This document shows, piece after piece, positions 22,761 to 35,937 of a stretch of 64,000 nt of DNA (within the stretch, counting starts at the first letter, position 1; each line of letters begins with the position of its first letter). The notes under the pieces were generated by a model. It was not told the origin of the DNA. It saw nothing but the letters and a program-made list of their open reading frames with translations, and ran no database searches. The DNA is taken from assembly GCA_964057225.1 (NCBI GenBank), contig OZ059899.1, forward strand, positions 8,990,001-9,054,000, read 5' to 3'. The translations under genes were made by a program, and so were the position numbers. This DNA is from Auanema rhodensis (taxonomy: Eukaryota > Animalia > Nematoda).

Positions 22761-23494
22761 AACTCAATCATAAATATCGTCTAATCCCTGTTGATGATGA
22801 AACGCTGAATATAGACAAGTTTGATGCTGAATTGAAGCTCTTACGAGAGAATAAATCTATACCCGATTATAAAAAGGCTGAACTATACGAAGACTTGATT
22901 ACCCGTCTCAAAAACTATAGAGAAAGCATAGATGCGCCTATATCAGTACAAGTGGAAAATGCTGATCCACCATTATTGCCAGAATACAAGCTGCCACGAA
23001 AGTATAACGATCTGTGGGAAAGATTTCCAGAGGTGCGTACAAACAAAAATAACCAACTTGTGATTAATAATGAGCCCGTACCAAACACAAATATTACAAA
23101 AATTTCGGATTTTGTACTGGATAAAACAAAGACGGAACCCAATGGATTCTCAGTATTAGCCAAATTCTTAGCCAGTAATGGGGTCTCTAGCCCTAACAAG
23201 AAGGCAAAAAATGAAGAGCCTGCCGTCAGTAACAAGGATTCAGTTGATCCCGTGCCTACATCCACATCGGCTGTCACAGACTTGGATGCTACTATTAATA
23301 TATTACCTAGAACACCACGTCATCGTAAGGCTGTTATTCGATATTCACCCTCTCCGCGTCGTACATTCAAATCCAAAGCTATAAATAAAAAGGCAAAACC
23401 CGCTGACACTGGTGAATCTTATTACACACCTCAGGCGGGAGAAACACAGAATGGCAAAGGCCGTAAACGATTCTACATTAGATTATGGAAGTAA
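22757..23494 (+). CDS. Uncharacterised Polinton protein, 245 aa (ends QNGKG...LWK)
   Basis: ATGA overlap with the upstream ORF; open in five copies. Confidence 0.75.
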   Translation: MKLNHKYRLIPVDDETLNIDKFDAELKLLRENKSIPDYKKAELYEDLITRLKNYRESIDAPISVQVENADPPLLPEYKLPRKYNDLWERFPEVRTNKNNQLVINNEPVPNTNITKISDFVLDKTKTEPNGFSVLAKFLASNGVSSPNKKAKNEEPAVSNKDSVDPVPTSTSAVTDLDATINILPRTPRHRKAVIRYSPSPRRTFKSKAINKKAKPADTGESYYTPQAGETQNGKGRKRFYIRLWK

Positions 23495-24522
23495 TGTTTT
23501 GGAGAACATTTATTATAATATTAAGCATCCAGCTTCTTATACGTCTGCCAAAAATCTATTATTGGAAGCGCGAAAGCATGGCATCGCAAAAGCACAAGTT
23601 GAAAGTTTTTTGCAAGACTCTGAAACTTTTACACGTCATAAACCAACCAGACTGCATATGCAGACTAAAAGACTAGAGGCTGTGGTCGATTCCTAACAAT
23701 GCAAGCAGATTTGGTTGATATGCAAAAATATAAAAAATTAAACGAAGGCTATGCTTACATGTTGACCATGATTGATGTTTATACACGCATGTTATATGTT
23801 AGGCCTTTGAAAACTAAAGGTGGTTTAGAGGTTGCTACTGCATTTGAAAATGTATTCAAGGATTTTATACCAATCCAACTAATAACGGATAACGGTGCAA
23901 AGTTTTATAATAATCATTGTGAAAAACTATTCAAAAAATTCCAAAAGCCATACTGCATGGATCAACAAGTTCACCACAAAAGGCGGCAATGGTAGAGCGA
24001 GCAAATAGAACTTTAAAAACGCGCATGATGAAATATCTCTATTACAAGAATAATCATCGATGGATTGATATACTAGATGACTTGGTCGAAGGAATAAACA
24101 AATCTTATAATCGGTCGATTAAAATGCGCCCCGTAGATGTTACAGCAAATATATTCGTTGAAGAATATGCACCAGCTGTTCGCAACCGATTCAAAATTGG
24201 TGATAATGTTCGCATAAGCAAGAACAGGCTTACTTTTGAAAAAAGTTACGAGTCTGGATATACAATGGAACTATTCACAATTGATGAGATTGTAGCCGGG
24301 AACCCAACCGTGTATAAACTTGTAGATTATAATGGTGAACGTATAAAGGGAATATTCTATGAGCCTGAACTTGTGTTGGCTTCTAATAAAAGCAACCAGT
24401 ATTATATTGAGAAAGTTTTGAAAGAGCGTACACGAAATGGTAAACGCCAAGTATTTGTAAAATGGAGTGGCTATCCCGACAACTTTAATGAATGGATAGA
24501 TGCAGAAAATTTAAATGTATAA
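23451..24522 (+). pseudogene. RVE integrase with chromodomain, two frameshifts
   Basis: QADL / ITDNG / VERAN DDE triad and VKWSGYP; -1 nt in the A-run near 23668 and +5 nt near 23941 versus intact copies. Confidence 0.9.
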
Positions 24523-24819
24523 TTTTTCACTGTTATTGTAAACAATTGTATTAATAATAAATGATTTATTTGATCAATCATTCATATTGTAACAATAAAA
24601 AACTAGCAAAACATAAAAGCCAAGACAATGATATAACCTATAATTATAAACTGATTAATATTTAAATTTTTAATGCTTACCAGTTGGTTAGAGAGTCGGC
24701 TGTTGATGGATAATTTCAAACTTCAAGAGCTGGAAAAAAAAATGTTACGGCTAAGAAAATTTAAATATAACATAACAAAATCAACCAACTGTCCATTAAA
24801 CAGTTTGTGCTTGTTGTAG

Positions 24820-25413
24820 TCAAAATGATGGATCAAAACGGATAAGCATATTCAAGTTGAGCGCCTGTTGACTTAATTTAAAGTAGAACACATTCTGCTT
24901 ATAACCAAAAGACTTGACAGTTGACTCATCAGTATAGATGGCAATGTAACCCATATTATTCAACAATTGTTTTGATGACATGCTAGAATAGGAACGCATC
25001 TGTAAAAGAAAAAATAATAATTAGAATTAATAATTTTATAATCTTACATTGATTGTTGAATTTTCAGGTTTATAATGACGGAAAACTTTTAAAAGCCCTA
25101 AGGCATCATTCCTCGCTCTACACTTGACACAGAGGCTGAAACAGTGGTACTCGTCTACGACTTGCAATGTATCCCTACAAGTTTTGCAGAGACATATTGG
25201 TCTCATAACTACAGGCTGTTGTGGAGAGCTATCCTTTGAGATTTGTACCTGCTTTTTTGGTATGTCTAAACAAAAAATAATTGATAACAAAAATAAAACC
25301 TTACCAAAGAATGTGGCAGCAAAGTTGGGTCCTGGTGTGGGTGGTCGTGGAACATCCGGTTCCGATGTCGAAGGTACAATATTCTCTAAATCAACAAGAG
25401 CGGAACGCTTCAT
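24820..25413 (-). CDS. Spliced 168-aa Cys-rich protein with N-terminal D-box-like motif (subfamily A)
   Basis: Exons 25413-25305, 25265-25048, 24999-24820 join in frame through GT-AG introns; same structure in the divergent B copy. Confidence 0.75.
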
Positions 25414-25520
25414 GTTTGTAGCCCAATTGGAGGCTTTTCCTAAACAACAACGAACTTTTACGTCTAGGGTCCAAGTAGAGTAGAGGAAAGTCCTAGCAGC
25501 AGTCTGTTGACGTTGGATCA

Positions 25521-25636
25521 GATCGTCGGCTTGTTGGCAGAGGTGGATCGGCGAGAAGACTTGGTGGCGGAGCTGGATCGAAGAGTAGACTTGTTGACAG
25601 AGCTGGATCGTAGAGTCGACTTGATGGCGGAGCTGA
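25521..25636. repeat. 30-bp GC-rich tandem repeats (gatcg..gacttg..gagctg)
   Basis: About four copies; also at 40894-41009 and duplicated at 60408-60696. Confidence 0.8.
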
Positions 25637-26184
25637 AAAGTAGAGAGCCATGCCGAATTTACTAACCACGCCCCCAAACAGTTGCTAAAAACATACTTTT
25701 GAGGGCGTCAGCTGCTAAAAACATACTTTTGGGGGCGTCAGCTGTCAAAATCATATTTTCGGCGTCAGCTGTCAAAAATATACTTTTCCTCCCGATGCAG
25801 GCTCTCGAGCCTGCGCATGAATCAAAATGCATGATTTTTTTTTTAAAATTATTTTTTAATGTATTTTTAAATGAATTTTTATTATTTATATATTTGTAAA
25901 TTGTATTTGTAAATATTTTTAAAATTATTTCTTTTTAAATGTATTTTTAATATTTATATATGTCTTAAATATTATTATTTAATTATTTTATATTAAATGT
26001 ATTTTATATATTTTTAAAATATTATTAAAATTATCTCCTTTTAAATGTATTTTTAATATTTATACATTTGAATAAACTTTTTAATATATATTGTTTTTGT
26101 TTTAATTTATAAAATTTGAATAAAATATATAAAAGCTAATTAATATGTTCACCGTACCTTTTATGGGTTAATCAATGGAACTCA

Positions 26185-27241
26185 TATCGAAGGTTAATTC
26201 GATAAGAAGTAATAAATATTTAAACTAAATTTAATGAAACACATATCGAAGGTTAATTCGATAAGATATATTTTATATATTTATTTTTTAATTTTATTTG
26301 TTTACATTGTTTATAGATTGTGTTTTTTATAGTTTATAATTATTAATTGAACTTTTAAAAAGTTTGTTGTTTATCTAGGCGAACCATTTTGTTCACCGTA
26401 CCTCTTATGGGTAAATCAATGGAACATATATCGAAAGTTAATTCGATAAGAACGATATGGAATACAAAAGTTAATGGAACACATATCGAAGGTTAATTCG
26501 ATAAGAACGATATGAAATACAAAAGTTAATGGAACACATATCGAAGGTTAATTCGATAAGATCGTTAAAACAGGTGCACTGACCCACACAAAAACCACAT
26601 GGCAAACGTTTTGTTCATTAAAATATGATAAATAGCTGTACACCACATGTACCAAGTTGTCTAATATTTTCAAATTACATGAAAAATAGTTTAAAGAAAT
26701 TTTTTTTTTAATTTTATATTAATTTATTCTAATATACTAACTCAATAAAACACATATCGAAGGTTAATTCGATAGGATTCACAAACAATTGTGTTGTTTC
26801 CAATGGAACACATATCGAAGATTAATTCGATAAGATCGTTAAAACAGGTGCGCTGACCCACACATGTACCACATGGCAAAAGTTTGTTCATAATAATATG
26901 ATAAATAGCTGTACAGCACAAGTACCCATAACGCTAAAGAATACTTACTATGCCAAGGGGTCATGGGTATATACTTTTTTAGTATCAAAAATGTTAATGG
27001 AACACATATCGAATATCAATTCGATAAGATTGTGGAAACAGATACGTTGACCTACAATGAACCAAATGGCAAAGCACTTGTTCATTAAAGTATAACAAAT
27101 AGCTGTATAGCATATGCATCAAGATTTCTAATATTCTCAAATTACGTGGAAAGAAGAGTATATAGAAAAAGTTTTAGTGTGTATATTACTAATATTCTAA
27201 TACCCTAACTCAAAGAACACATATCGAAGATTAATTCGATA
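26185..27241. promoter_or_regulatory. Nine TATCGAA-N6-TTCGATA boxes (unit 2)
   Basis: As unit 1 plus an additional ~273-bp block. Confidence 0.6.
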
Positions 27242-27475
27242 AGATTGTTGAAACAGTTGCGCTGACCACAACAATACATGCGTATTTATTAACAGCGGAT
27301 TGGCAACTGCCACTGTTGACAGCTGTAATATGATACAATGTTGAGTGTTGGCAACATTGTTACGTGACAATAAAACAACTGACTGTTCTTGCAATGAAAT
27401 GTAATATAAATGTGTAAAATGAAATATGGATAACTACCTCTCAGAGTTTGCATAATTTTATTCTAACAAGATACA

Positions 27476-30400
27476 ATGGCTGCTAACAGGTTGTGTTTTT
27501 TCCTATCTTTTTTTTTTAATTGAAATATTTATTTTCAGTTATAAGCGTGTATGTGAAGAGTTGGGGTTCGATTATGAGGAAATTTATCAACTCAGGTAAT
27601 TTAACAATATTTTTAAAATATACATCTTTGTTTTTTTAGTAAGCGCATAAAACTTACCGAGAGTGGTGGTGTTGAGCTGTGTGACCCCGCAATAACCACT
27701 TCCAATAGTGGTCCCTCGTCATCAAGGGTTATTGAAGTTATCACCTTGGATGACAGCGATAATGAGTAAGCTATCATATAATGAAAAAGCATGAAATTTT
27801 TTTTTTCAGAGAATGGAATCCCGAGATGCCATCAACTAGTGGAGAACAATTAGGAGGCGGTTCATCCTTCAACGATATTTGTCAAGTAAAGGTACGAGCT
27901 TTTAAAATTTTTTTTTTTTTTTTTTTTTTTCATGTTACAATTCTTTTCACTCTATATCTTTTATTTGATTACATATCTTGAGCAATTTTGAATTCTGCCA
28001 TCTATTTTTAAACAAATCATCATACATTTGGTGGCTTTTTGAAAAATAAAATAAAATCTTATCCCAAATCCATGCCATAATATCATTTATTAAATTTTTA
28101 TTCATTAAAATACACTTAAATTTAAATATTTTGATGCTCAAAAACTGACACATTTAAATATTTTGTATTTTCTAAACCATTTCACTCCATCTCTTTTATT
28201 TAATTTCATATTTTAAACAATTTTAAATTTTTACCACTACTTTATAATTTTTATTTATTAAACTTTTTAATCATTAAATTACACTTAAATTTAAATATTT
28301 TGATGCGCAAAAACAGAAACATTTAAATATTTTGTTTTTTCTAAACCATTTCACTCCATCTATTTTAAACAATTGTATATTTCTACCACTATTTCATAAT
28401 TTCATTTTTTAAATTTTTAATCATTAAAAAAAAAAACATTTAAATTTCAATATTGTGATGCTCAAAAACTGAAACATGAAACAGATTTATATTGTCTAAG
28501 CCATTTCACTTCATCTCTTTTATTTAATCACATATCTTGAACAAATTTAAATTTCTATCACTTTTTCATAATTTCGTTTATTAAATTTTTAATCATTAAA
28601 AAACATTTAAATTTCAATATTGTGATGCTCAAAAACTGAAACATTTAAATATTTTGTATTTTCTAAACCATTTCACTTCATCTCTTTTATTTATATATAT
28701 TTTAAACAATTTTATAATTCTACTATTATTTAATTTTTATTTATTAAATTTTTAAACATTAAAAAAAAATTGATGCTCAAAAACTGAAACATTTAAATAT
28801 TTTGTATTTTTCTAATCGTTTTGAAACAAACTAAACATATATTTGAAAACATTTCAATTAAATAAAAAATAACGACTATAACAAACAAAGAGACATAATA
28901 ATTTTAAGCAAAAGATGAAACAATTCATATATATTCTTAAAACTATTTTTATTTAAACTTTTAAAAATAAAAATAAAAAAAGCTTGTAAACTGTTATAAA
29001 TGTTGTTTATTATAGTGGTCACACCGGCGCATAAAACGCACCGGTCGTTTTACCAACGTGGTCGTTCGATCGCTCACGTTCCCACACTTGGAAAATGTTG
29101 ATGAGCCAATGCATGTTATCATGCCGCGGTTATTCAACGAATTCCTTGATCGTTGTCTTGCTGAAAGCAGTGTGCCTGATAAGCAAAAAGCCTTATTTTG
29201 TTTATCAATTGAGCACCCTTCCTTTGAAAAGGGCTCCATATTTATGGACTTTCGTAGAAGGGAGCATCTGGATGGCGTAGCCATTATGAATGCCATCAGC
29301 AAGGTGCAGCAATCAAAACGAGAAGCTGTGATCAGCCAGGCAATGAATATTGAGATGTATGTGTTTGATGAAAGGCCAGCGCAGCCAAGCCTGATGCCTG
29401 GTGAAGGTAGAGTCGGGTTTTATTTTGACCCCGAACTCAAAATACCTGGAACCATTGCCAACACTGACTCACATTGTCTGGCTAGATCAGCAGTTGTGGG
29501 AATGTGGAAAGCTGACGAGCTGGCCACTGAAGATGGCGATGAGAAGCGAAGGCTGCAAAACCTTCGTCGCAATTACATCTTATTGCCAAATCAGCCACAC
29601 CATATCAATTTATTAAATAGGTGTGGTATTTCTGTAGATTTACCAAATTATAATTTAATTCATTTAAACATTATTGCCAGCTGTAATACAAACTATAAGT
29701 TTGTAGTATATGCTAGACCGCCTGGACAGCGTATGTACACTATCCAGAAAATATTTAATGAAGCGGCTAGCAAATTGGTAACACTAGGTTACCGAAATAA
29801 TCACTATGATTGTATTACAGCTGGTAGTCGTTCGAAAATTTTTGATGGTATTATATGTCAACACTGTAAGTTATCTTACAATACAGTGTTGCATAGATGT
29901 AAAGCCAAATGTAAAAAATGCCACACCTATAATTGTAATGCGATGGGGAATGTGGTTGAGAGTAGCGTGAGGTGTGATAGTTGTAGAGTTTTGTTTAAAA
30001 CTCAACAATGCTTCGATAGGCATTTGCGAAAAGCCTGCCGAAAATTCAAGGTATTTTGTGAAAATTTAAAGTTGTACATAACAAGCTTATATTCAGACAT
30101 GTGTGGCGTGTGATCACTATCACATGGTCCGTGCTGATAGACCGCACAATTGCAATGAAAAATTCTGCAAAAAGTGCGGTCAGACAAAGCCTGAAGAGCA
30201 CTCTTGTTGTTGGGTTCCACCTAACGACAAGAAGAAGGCTCAGCTAAAAAAGAAGCAAGAAAAGTTCAAGGTTTGTATTTAACATCTTTACAAGTGTAAT
30301 GCTTACTTGTTTAAGATTATATTTTATGACTTTGAAACAGTTGTGTTAAAAAACGGCACAAATGTTCATGAATATGCAGATGAACAATGGCCCAATATGG

Positions 30401-33247
30401 TTGTGTATAACAAATTTTGTGAAAGTTGTATAGATGCCAATTCCTGTGAGAAATGCACAACCAAGGAGGGCCATTTTGGGTACCAACAAGGTGATAGTGA
30501 ATGGTCTGTAACAGATCGTTTCCTTGATTGGTTACTCAACTTTTCTGAGAATGATAATGCAATTTTGATTGCGCACAACGGGTCGCGCTTTGACATACAT
30601 TTCTTGGTGTCTAGGCTGATAAACCGTGGAATATATCCTGACCCCATTTTAAATGGGACCAAGATTATTAGCATGGTTGTCAAGCCATTAAGAGGTCAAA
30701 ACATTAACCATTTATGTTTTAAAGATAGTTATTTACTAGTGCCTTTACCCTTATCAGCGTTACCCAAGGCGTTTGGTGTACCTGATATGAGTAAAGGACA
30801 ATTCCCATACCTCTTTAACCACCCAATAAATTATGGCAAAGTGCTACCATCCTTGCCACCAAAGCATTACTATTGTACTGCTAGAATGAAAGCAGAAGAC
30901 CTAGCTTCATTCAATATTTGGTATGAGGAGCGTAATCAAAGTGTGTTTGATTTTGATGAGGAGCTTCTGGAATATTGTAGGACAGATGTCCGTATTTTAA
31001 CCAACTGTATGAAAGTGTACATGAAGTTGGCCACCGCCACCACTGGCTGGAATCCTGTCATACAATGTATGACATTTGCCAGTTTCTTTTTATTCCAGGC
31101 AAGTTTTTTAAAATACAAGCATTTTCAAAACTAGTATATTACAGTTGAAAATGAACCACATTAAAGAGAACCAAGTGGGTATTCTGCCTGAGACTGGTTA
31201 TTATGCCGGCCAGAAGCAGAGTATAATTGCCATAAAATACATAAAATGGCTAGAACACGGATTAGGCCGCCCATTAATGCATAAGCTTAATGGTGGTGAA
31301 TTTGTTGTGAGAGTAGATGGCCAACGCTATCTACTTGATGCTTATGACAGTGTGGCTAATCACGGCTATGAGGTGAGTAATTTGTAATAAATGTAAAAAA
31401 TGATAAAATTTTGTAGTTTAATGGCTGTATTTATCATGGTTGCCCCCAGTGCACCAACAAGACTGCTATTGCACCAGGCAGAAATGGTGAAACAATGGAA
31501 GAGGTAAGCAATACTTTTTTTTAATCATTTTAAGCTGAAACATTTAGGTTTATGAAAAAACCATGAAAAGGCTTGAGGCTATTCAAAGCCAGGGCATTAG
31601 TGTAACCACTGTGTGGGAACACGAAATTACTGCTCAAATGTCATCAAATGAGCAAATGGCAAATTTTATGAAGGACACTGAGGTTGTAACTCGATTGGCA
31701 CCTCGAGATGCCTTCACCGGCGGCCGAACTCAAACATATAAGCTTCTGGCCCAAGCTTCGGATAGATACTCACTAGAGTATGTGGACTTTTGTTCACTTT
31801 ATCCATATGTAACGGCATTTGATGCCTATTACCCTGTGGGTAATCCTAAAATGATTACTGAGGGCTTTGAGAGTTTTGAGGCATGCTGCCCATACAAGGG
31901 CCTTGTGAAATGTGACGTGCTTGCACCCACAAATTTGTTGTATCCTGTATTAGGAACACGCATAGGCGGTAAATTAATTTTTACAAACTGCCGCACATGT
32001 GCAAACAGAGGCAAAAATGTAACATGCCCGCACCAAGATGATGAAGACGCTCGAAAGCTGCATCTGACTGTAACGCATGTAGAGCTCGAATGTGCCATAC
32101 AGCGTGGCTACAAAGTGCTTCATGTTTATGAGGTTTGGCACTGGGATGAATGGCAGCAAGGAGGCCTATTCAAGGATTTTGTACAAAAGTACATAAAAAT
32201 TAAGCAAGAGGCATCGGGCTGGCCTAAGCCAAATATGACAGAGGCTGAAAAGGTATGTGTCATGAAAAGTATGGCATTAAATAGAATTTTACAGCTAAAA
32301 TATCTCCAAGAGCACGAGGAGAACACTGGTGTTGCTCTGGAGAGCAACAAAATTGAAAAGAATGCGGCCATGCGTAGCATTGCCAAACTACAGCTGAATA
32401 GGTATGTAAACTTTTAAAAATAAAAATTTACAAATTTGCTTATAGTGTATGGGGTAAAATGGGTCAAAGACCGGATAAAGCCCAAACCAAGATTATTGGT
32501 GTTGAGGATCCTGAAATTGGTAGGATCATAACTGATCCTGCAAGGGAACTCACGGGCTTCAAAATTGTGGACGATGTGGCGTACTGTACAACAGTGCCAG
32601 AGGACTCACACTTGGCACCAGCGCCGTTTACAAATGTAGCCATAGCGGCTTATACAACCGCTCATGCAAGGCTACTATTGTATAAGGCAATGGAAAAAAT
32701 TGGAAAGAACTTGGTGTATACAGGTAATTTTATACTTTGTATACAATTTAAACGTACATCATTTAGACACCGATTCTCTAATTTATTTAAAATGCCTCGA
32801 TCAGCCTGATCCAATTGAGGATATGAAGGGTGAATGGTTAGGTAAACTAACCTCAGAAATACCCGATGGTTGGTCAATGACCAAATTTGTTTCACCACCT
32901 GCAAAAGTTTATAGTTATGAGCTAGTAAATGCAGCTGGTCAGGTCAAGTATATCACCAAGGCAAAGGGAGTGGTAAGTATAAAAATATATTATTGAGAAA
33001 CTTTTTAAAATTACAGACGCTGGACCACACGGCAGCCACCGTGGTAAACTATCAAAGTATGGAGCGATTGGTTCGAGGACTCGTGATGGATGAAGAAAAA
33101 TTGGTTTTAAAAACCAAAACAACGTTATTAAAGAGGCAGCTTGGTGCCATATCCACGATGGACATGACAAAGAGTACCAAGGTCGTAATGGATAAACTTT
33201 GTTATCTAGACGATTTTAGTACTTTACCCTATGGTTATTGTGAATAA
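27476..33247 (+). CDS. pPolB: pPolB, 14 exons (unit 2)
   Basis: Same splice sites and motifs as unit 1. Confidence 0.9.
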
Positions 33248-33385
33248 TTTTTAATATATTTGAATTTATAAATTTTATTATTGCGTGTATATTTGTATAT
33301 GGTTGTATTTATAGATTTTTATGTATAGTTGTATTAATAAATTTTATTCTTCTCATCAAATGTTTTAAAGAGTTTATTACATACA

Positions 33386-34720
33386 TTACAAACTGGTATC
33401 AATATATGGAGCACGATTGTTGTCAATTGAAAGAATAGAGTCATATTCTGCATAAACAATAGCATATAAACCCTCTTGCGGCGTTTGTTGACCAAATTCC
33501 AATTTCAGGGCCACATTACCTTGTCGTATAACATCAAATAACTCGGACGAGTGTACAGTCGGTGAAATATCAAATACAAAAAATGTGAAGCCGGTTTTAT
33601 ACATTGCTGGTGTAATACCATTGGATGAATCTGTACGACCAAGGCCCAAACCCTCCAACATATCAATATATGCTGTGGCATAGGAAGAACGCCATTCTAA
33701 ATTATAAGGGCGGGTAGGTATTACCCGATTGTTGAGCGTCAAGTATATATTTTTCAATTCAAACGGTTTAAAGTTGAATGGCGAATGTTTAAAAGTACCA
33801 TTATAGGCGTGTGCGCCGACAAGACCTACTACAACACGTTTCGGTGTATGCGACGTGAATAATATGTTATTGGGTGAATCCAAACGGCCTCCTTCTATGA
33901 AATAAGAGCGCATTTTCACTGACGTCATGGGGTAGTGTATTCGTTCCTTTACAAGTTTATCTTCTATAGCCATAGCTAATCCAGCGTTTAGATCAAACTC
34001 TTGAATAAGCAAGTGCACATCGTTGATATCTATTTTCAGGTTTGGAAACTCCTCCTTCATTGCAGCATCCTTGCTTTCATTATTCCATCCAAGTGTGTCA
34101 ATTAAGAAATTATCACGGTTTGGATATGCAGTTAGCTCCATTTTTGAATAGTTTACAAACAGTCGTTCCTGATTGAATAAGTCGATACTGATGGGAGCAG
34201 CCATCTCACACAATATGCCATTTTTAACAAGCCCTTGTCGCGCTCTAAATCCAGGACTGGCTGCATTATCTATATATCTATCCGCATAATAGCCTGATAT
34301 GGCAAGTTTGCTCTCTTTAACATCGTTGCTATACATTAGAATATTCTCAATATATGTTTTGTAGGCATGATTCACGGTAGAGTCATACACGCTAACATCA
34401 CCAATTTTTAAATGATACGAGTTTATCAAACTGGCTGCAAATTGTTGGCATGGTGCAAAAACAAGGTTGTCTGGTACTGGATCGCCGTTTGTGTTTACAA
34501 TTTTGAATTTTACATTCAACCAACACCTTCTCAGATTAAGAAATGATTTGGAATTTTGGGCTATAACAAATTCCCATGGTCCTTGAGGAAGAAAAGTATT
34601 TTTTAAAGGAACTTGTACAGTACGAGTTGATTCAACACCTAATGCCGACGCCGGTATGTCACTATAATTAATATTAGGTAAAAGTGCTTGTGCTGATTTT
34701 GAATCTATCAATTTAGCCAT
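33386..34720 (-). CDS. Major capsid protein (unit 2)
   Basis: 444-aa ORF. Confidence 0.88.
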   Translation of the reverse strand: MAKLIDSKSAQALLPNINYSDIPASALGVESTRTVQVPLKNTFLPQGPWEFVIAQNSKSFLNLRRCWLNVKFKIVNTNGDPVPDNLVFAPCQQFAASLINSYHLKIGDVSVYDSTVNHAYKTYIENILMYSNDVKESKLAISGYYADRYIDNAASPGFRARQGLVKNGILCEMAAPISIDLFNQERLFVNYSKMELTAYPNRDNFLIDTLGWNNESKDAAMKEEFPNLKIDINDVHLLIQEFDLNAGLAMAIEDKLVKERIHYPMTSVKMRSYFIEGGRLDSPNNILFTSHTPKRVVVGLVGAHAYNGTFKHSPFNFKPFELKNIYLTLNNRVIPTRPYNLEWRSSYATAYIDMLEGLGLGRTDSSNGITPAMYKTGFTFFVFDISPTVHSSELFDVIRQGNVALKLEFGQQTPQEGLYAIVYAEYDSILSIDNNRAPYIDTSL

Positions 34721-35173
34721 TTAAATACGATACGACCGCTCACGAGTTATGCACAGACGCTTATGAGGTTTTGTGGTTTTGCGTCGTCGCCGCTTGCCCA
34801 AACCGGTAAGATCTCGTATAGCCTGCCGGCCGGCTGTTTTAAGAGTTTGCTTGATATTATCGCCCTTGAGCACCCCATCAACAATTTCATTGCTAGTTTT
34901 TAGCAACTGGCCGCCAAGAGGTGAATTTACAACTGGACTATTGCTTACAGCACTGGATAATGCATTCCTTCTAGCATTGATGAGATTTTGGGCTATAGGT
35001 GATTGAATAATGCGTGGTAAAAACGATGCCAATGTTGCCAGTATACCACCCAGGCCATGACCTCTCTGCATACCACGTTGAAACATCATTCCACTAAATG
35101 GCGCCCCACCCATTTGTTGATTCAAAAGTGTTGTCCATTGAATTGAGTTCAAGTCTAGAAGGAGGTGTGGCAT
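34721..35173 (-). CDS. Basic core-like protein (unit 2)
   Basis: Same protein as unit 1. Confidence 0.7.
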   Translation of the reverse strand: MPHLLLDLNSIQWTTLLNQQMGGAPFSGMMFQRGMQRGHGLGGILATLASFLPRIIQSPIAQNLINARRNALSSAVSNSPVVNSPLGGQLLKTSNEIVDGVLKGDNIKQTLKTAGRQAIRDLTGLGKRRRRKTTKPHKRLCITRERSYRI

Positions 35174-35223
35174 ATTGAACCGCACGTGCGCAATACAAAA
35201 GTTACACTAGATCATTTTACTAA

Positions 35224-35679
35224 ATGTATTCGTCTGAAATAGCGTCACTATTGCAATCTGTCCGCATCACTCGAAAACTATTCCTCGGTGTATTTAGCGC
35301 GGATACTCTACCCAAAACACGTCGAAAGAACTTTGCACTTGTTGTAAATACTGACACACACGATAAACCGGGCACACATTGGCAAGTCATCTTTGTACGT
35401 AATGATCAAGCCTACTTTTTCTGTAGCTTGGGTTATAAAATGAACAAGTACATTCGTCATTATCTGGCCAAATATAAAAATGTAAAAGTTAATACTTGCA
35501 AACCACAACGCATAATTGAATACACTTGTGGTGGTTATGCAATATTTGTAATACTAATGTTGTCAGCTGGTAATACATTTGAAAGCATTTGTTCATTTTT
35601 TAAACTATTACAAAACGATGATGTCTTTATTAAAGCGTTTATGCATAAAGTATTCGACTATAAATTATCTAGCATATGA
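35224..35679 (+). CDS. Adenain-like protease (unit 2)
   Basis: As unit 1. Confidence 0.88.
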   Translation: MYSSEIASLLQSVRITRKLFLGVFSADTLPKTRRKNFALVVNTDTHDKPGTHWQVIFVRNDQAYFFCSLGYKMNKYIRHYLAKYKNVKVNTCKPQRIIEYTCGGYAIFVILMLSAGNTFESICSFFKLLQNDDVFIKAFMHKVFDYKLSSI

Positions 35680-35937
35680 TCAACTTCGCCATTAAAACGT
35701 CACCTGCTACATTAGGTGGTCAGTTATGAATATTCCCTGTCACTGTGAATTATGTATAAGATACACGTTGGAACAATCTGTGCCAACACCCCTGTACAAA
35801 AAGATTTTGAAACGTATTTCAGTGCCATTCATTAAAGGAATATCTCTGGGACTAGGCTTTTGTACAACACTAGTCATTATTCCACTCATTATATAAAAGT
35901 GAGTTGACTGTGTGTGGTTGTTTTTCAATTTCCTCTA

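Larger units (their letters stand above)
10562..25638 (+). mobile_element. Polinton/Maverick unit 1 (15,077 bp; right end interrupted by the next terminus)
   Basis: Starts AGTAGAGAG; carries pPolB, MCP, protease, minor capsid, ATPase, integrase. Confidence 0.95.

Noticed and set aside
13439-23384. Numerous antisense and alternative-frame ORFs overlapping Polinton genes
   Set aside because: No recognisable motifs; their repetition only reflects recent duplication.
10562-25638. Envelope/fusogen or toxin cargo gene
   Set aside because: No ORF with a signal peptide plus transmembrane anchor was recognised, although the right ends are truncated.
25036-25677. 213-aa ORF as a single gene
   Set aside because: It starts inside the neighbouring terminus across an insertion junction and reads through an intron; the three-exon model fits better.
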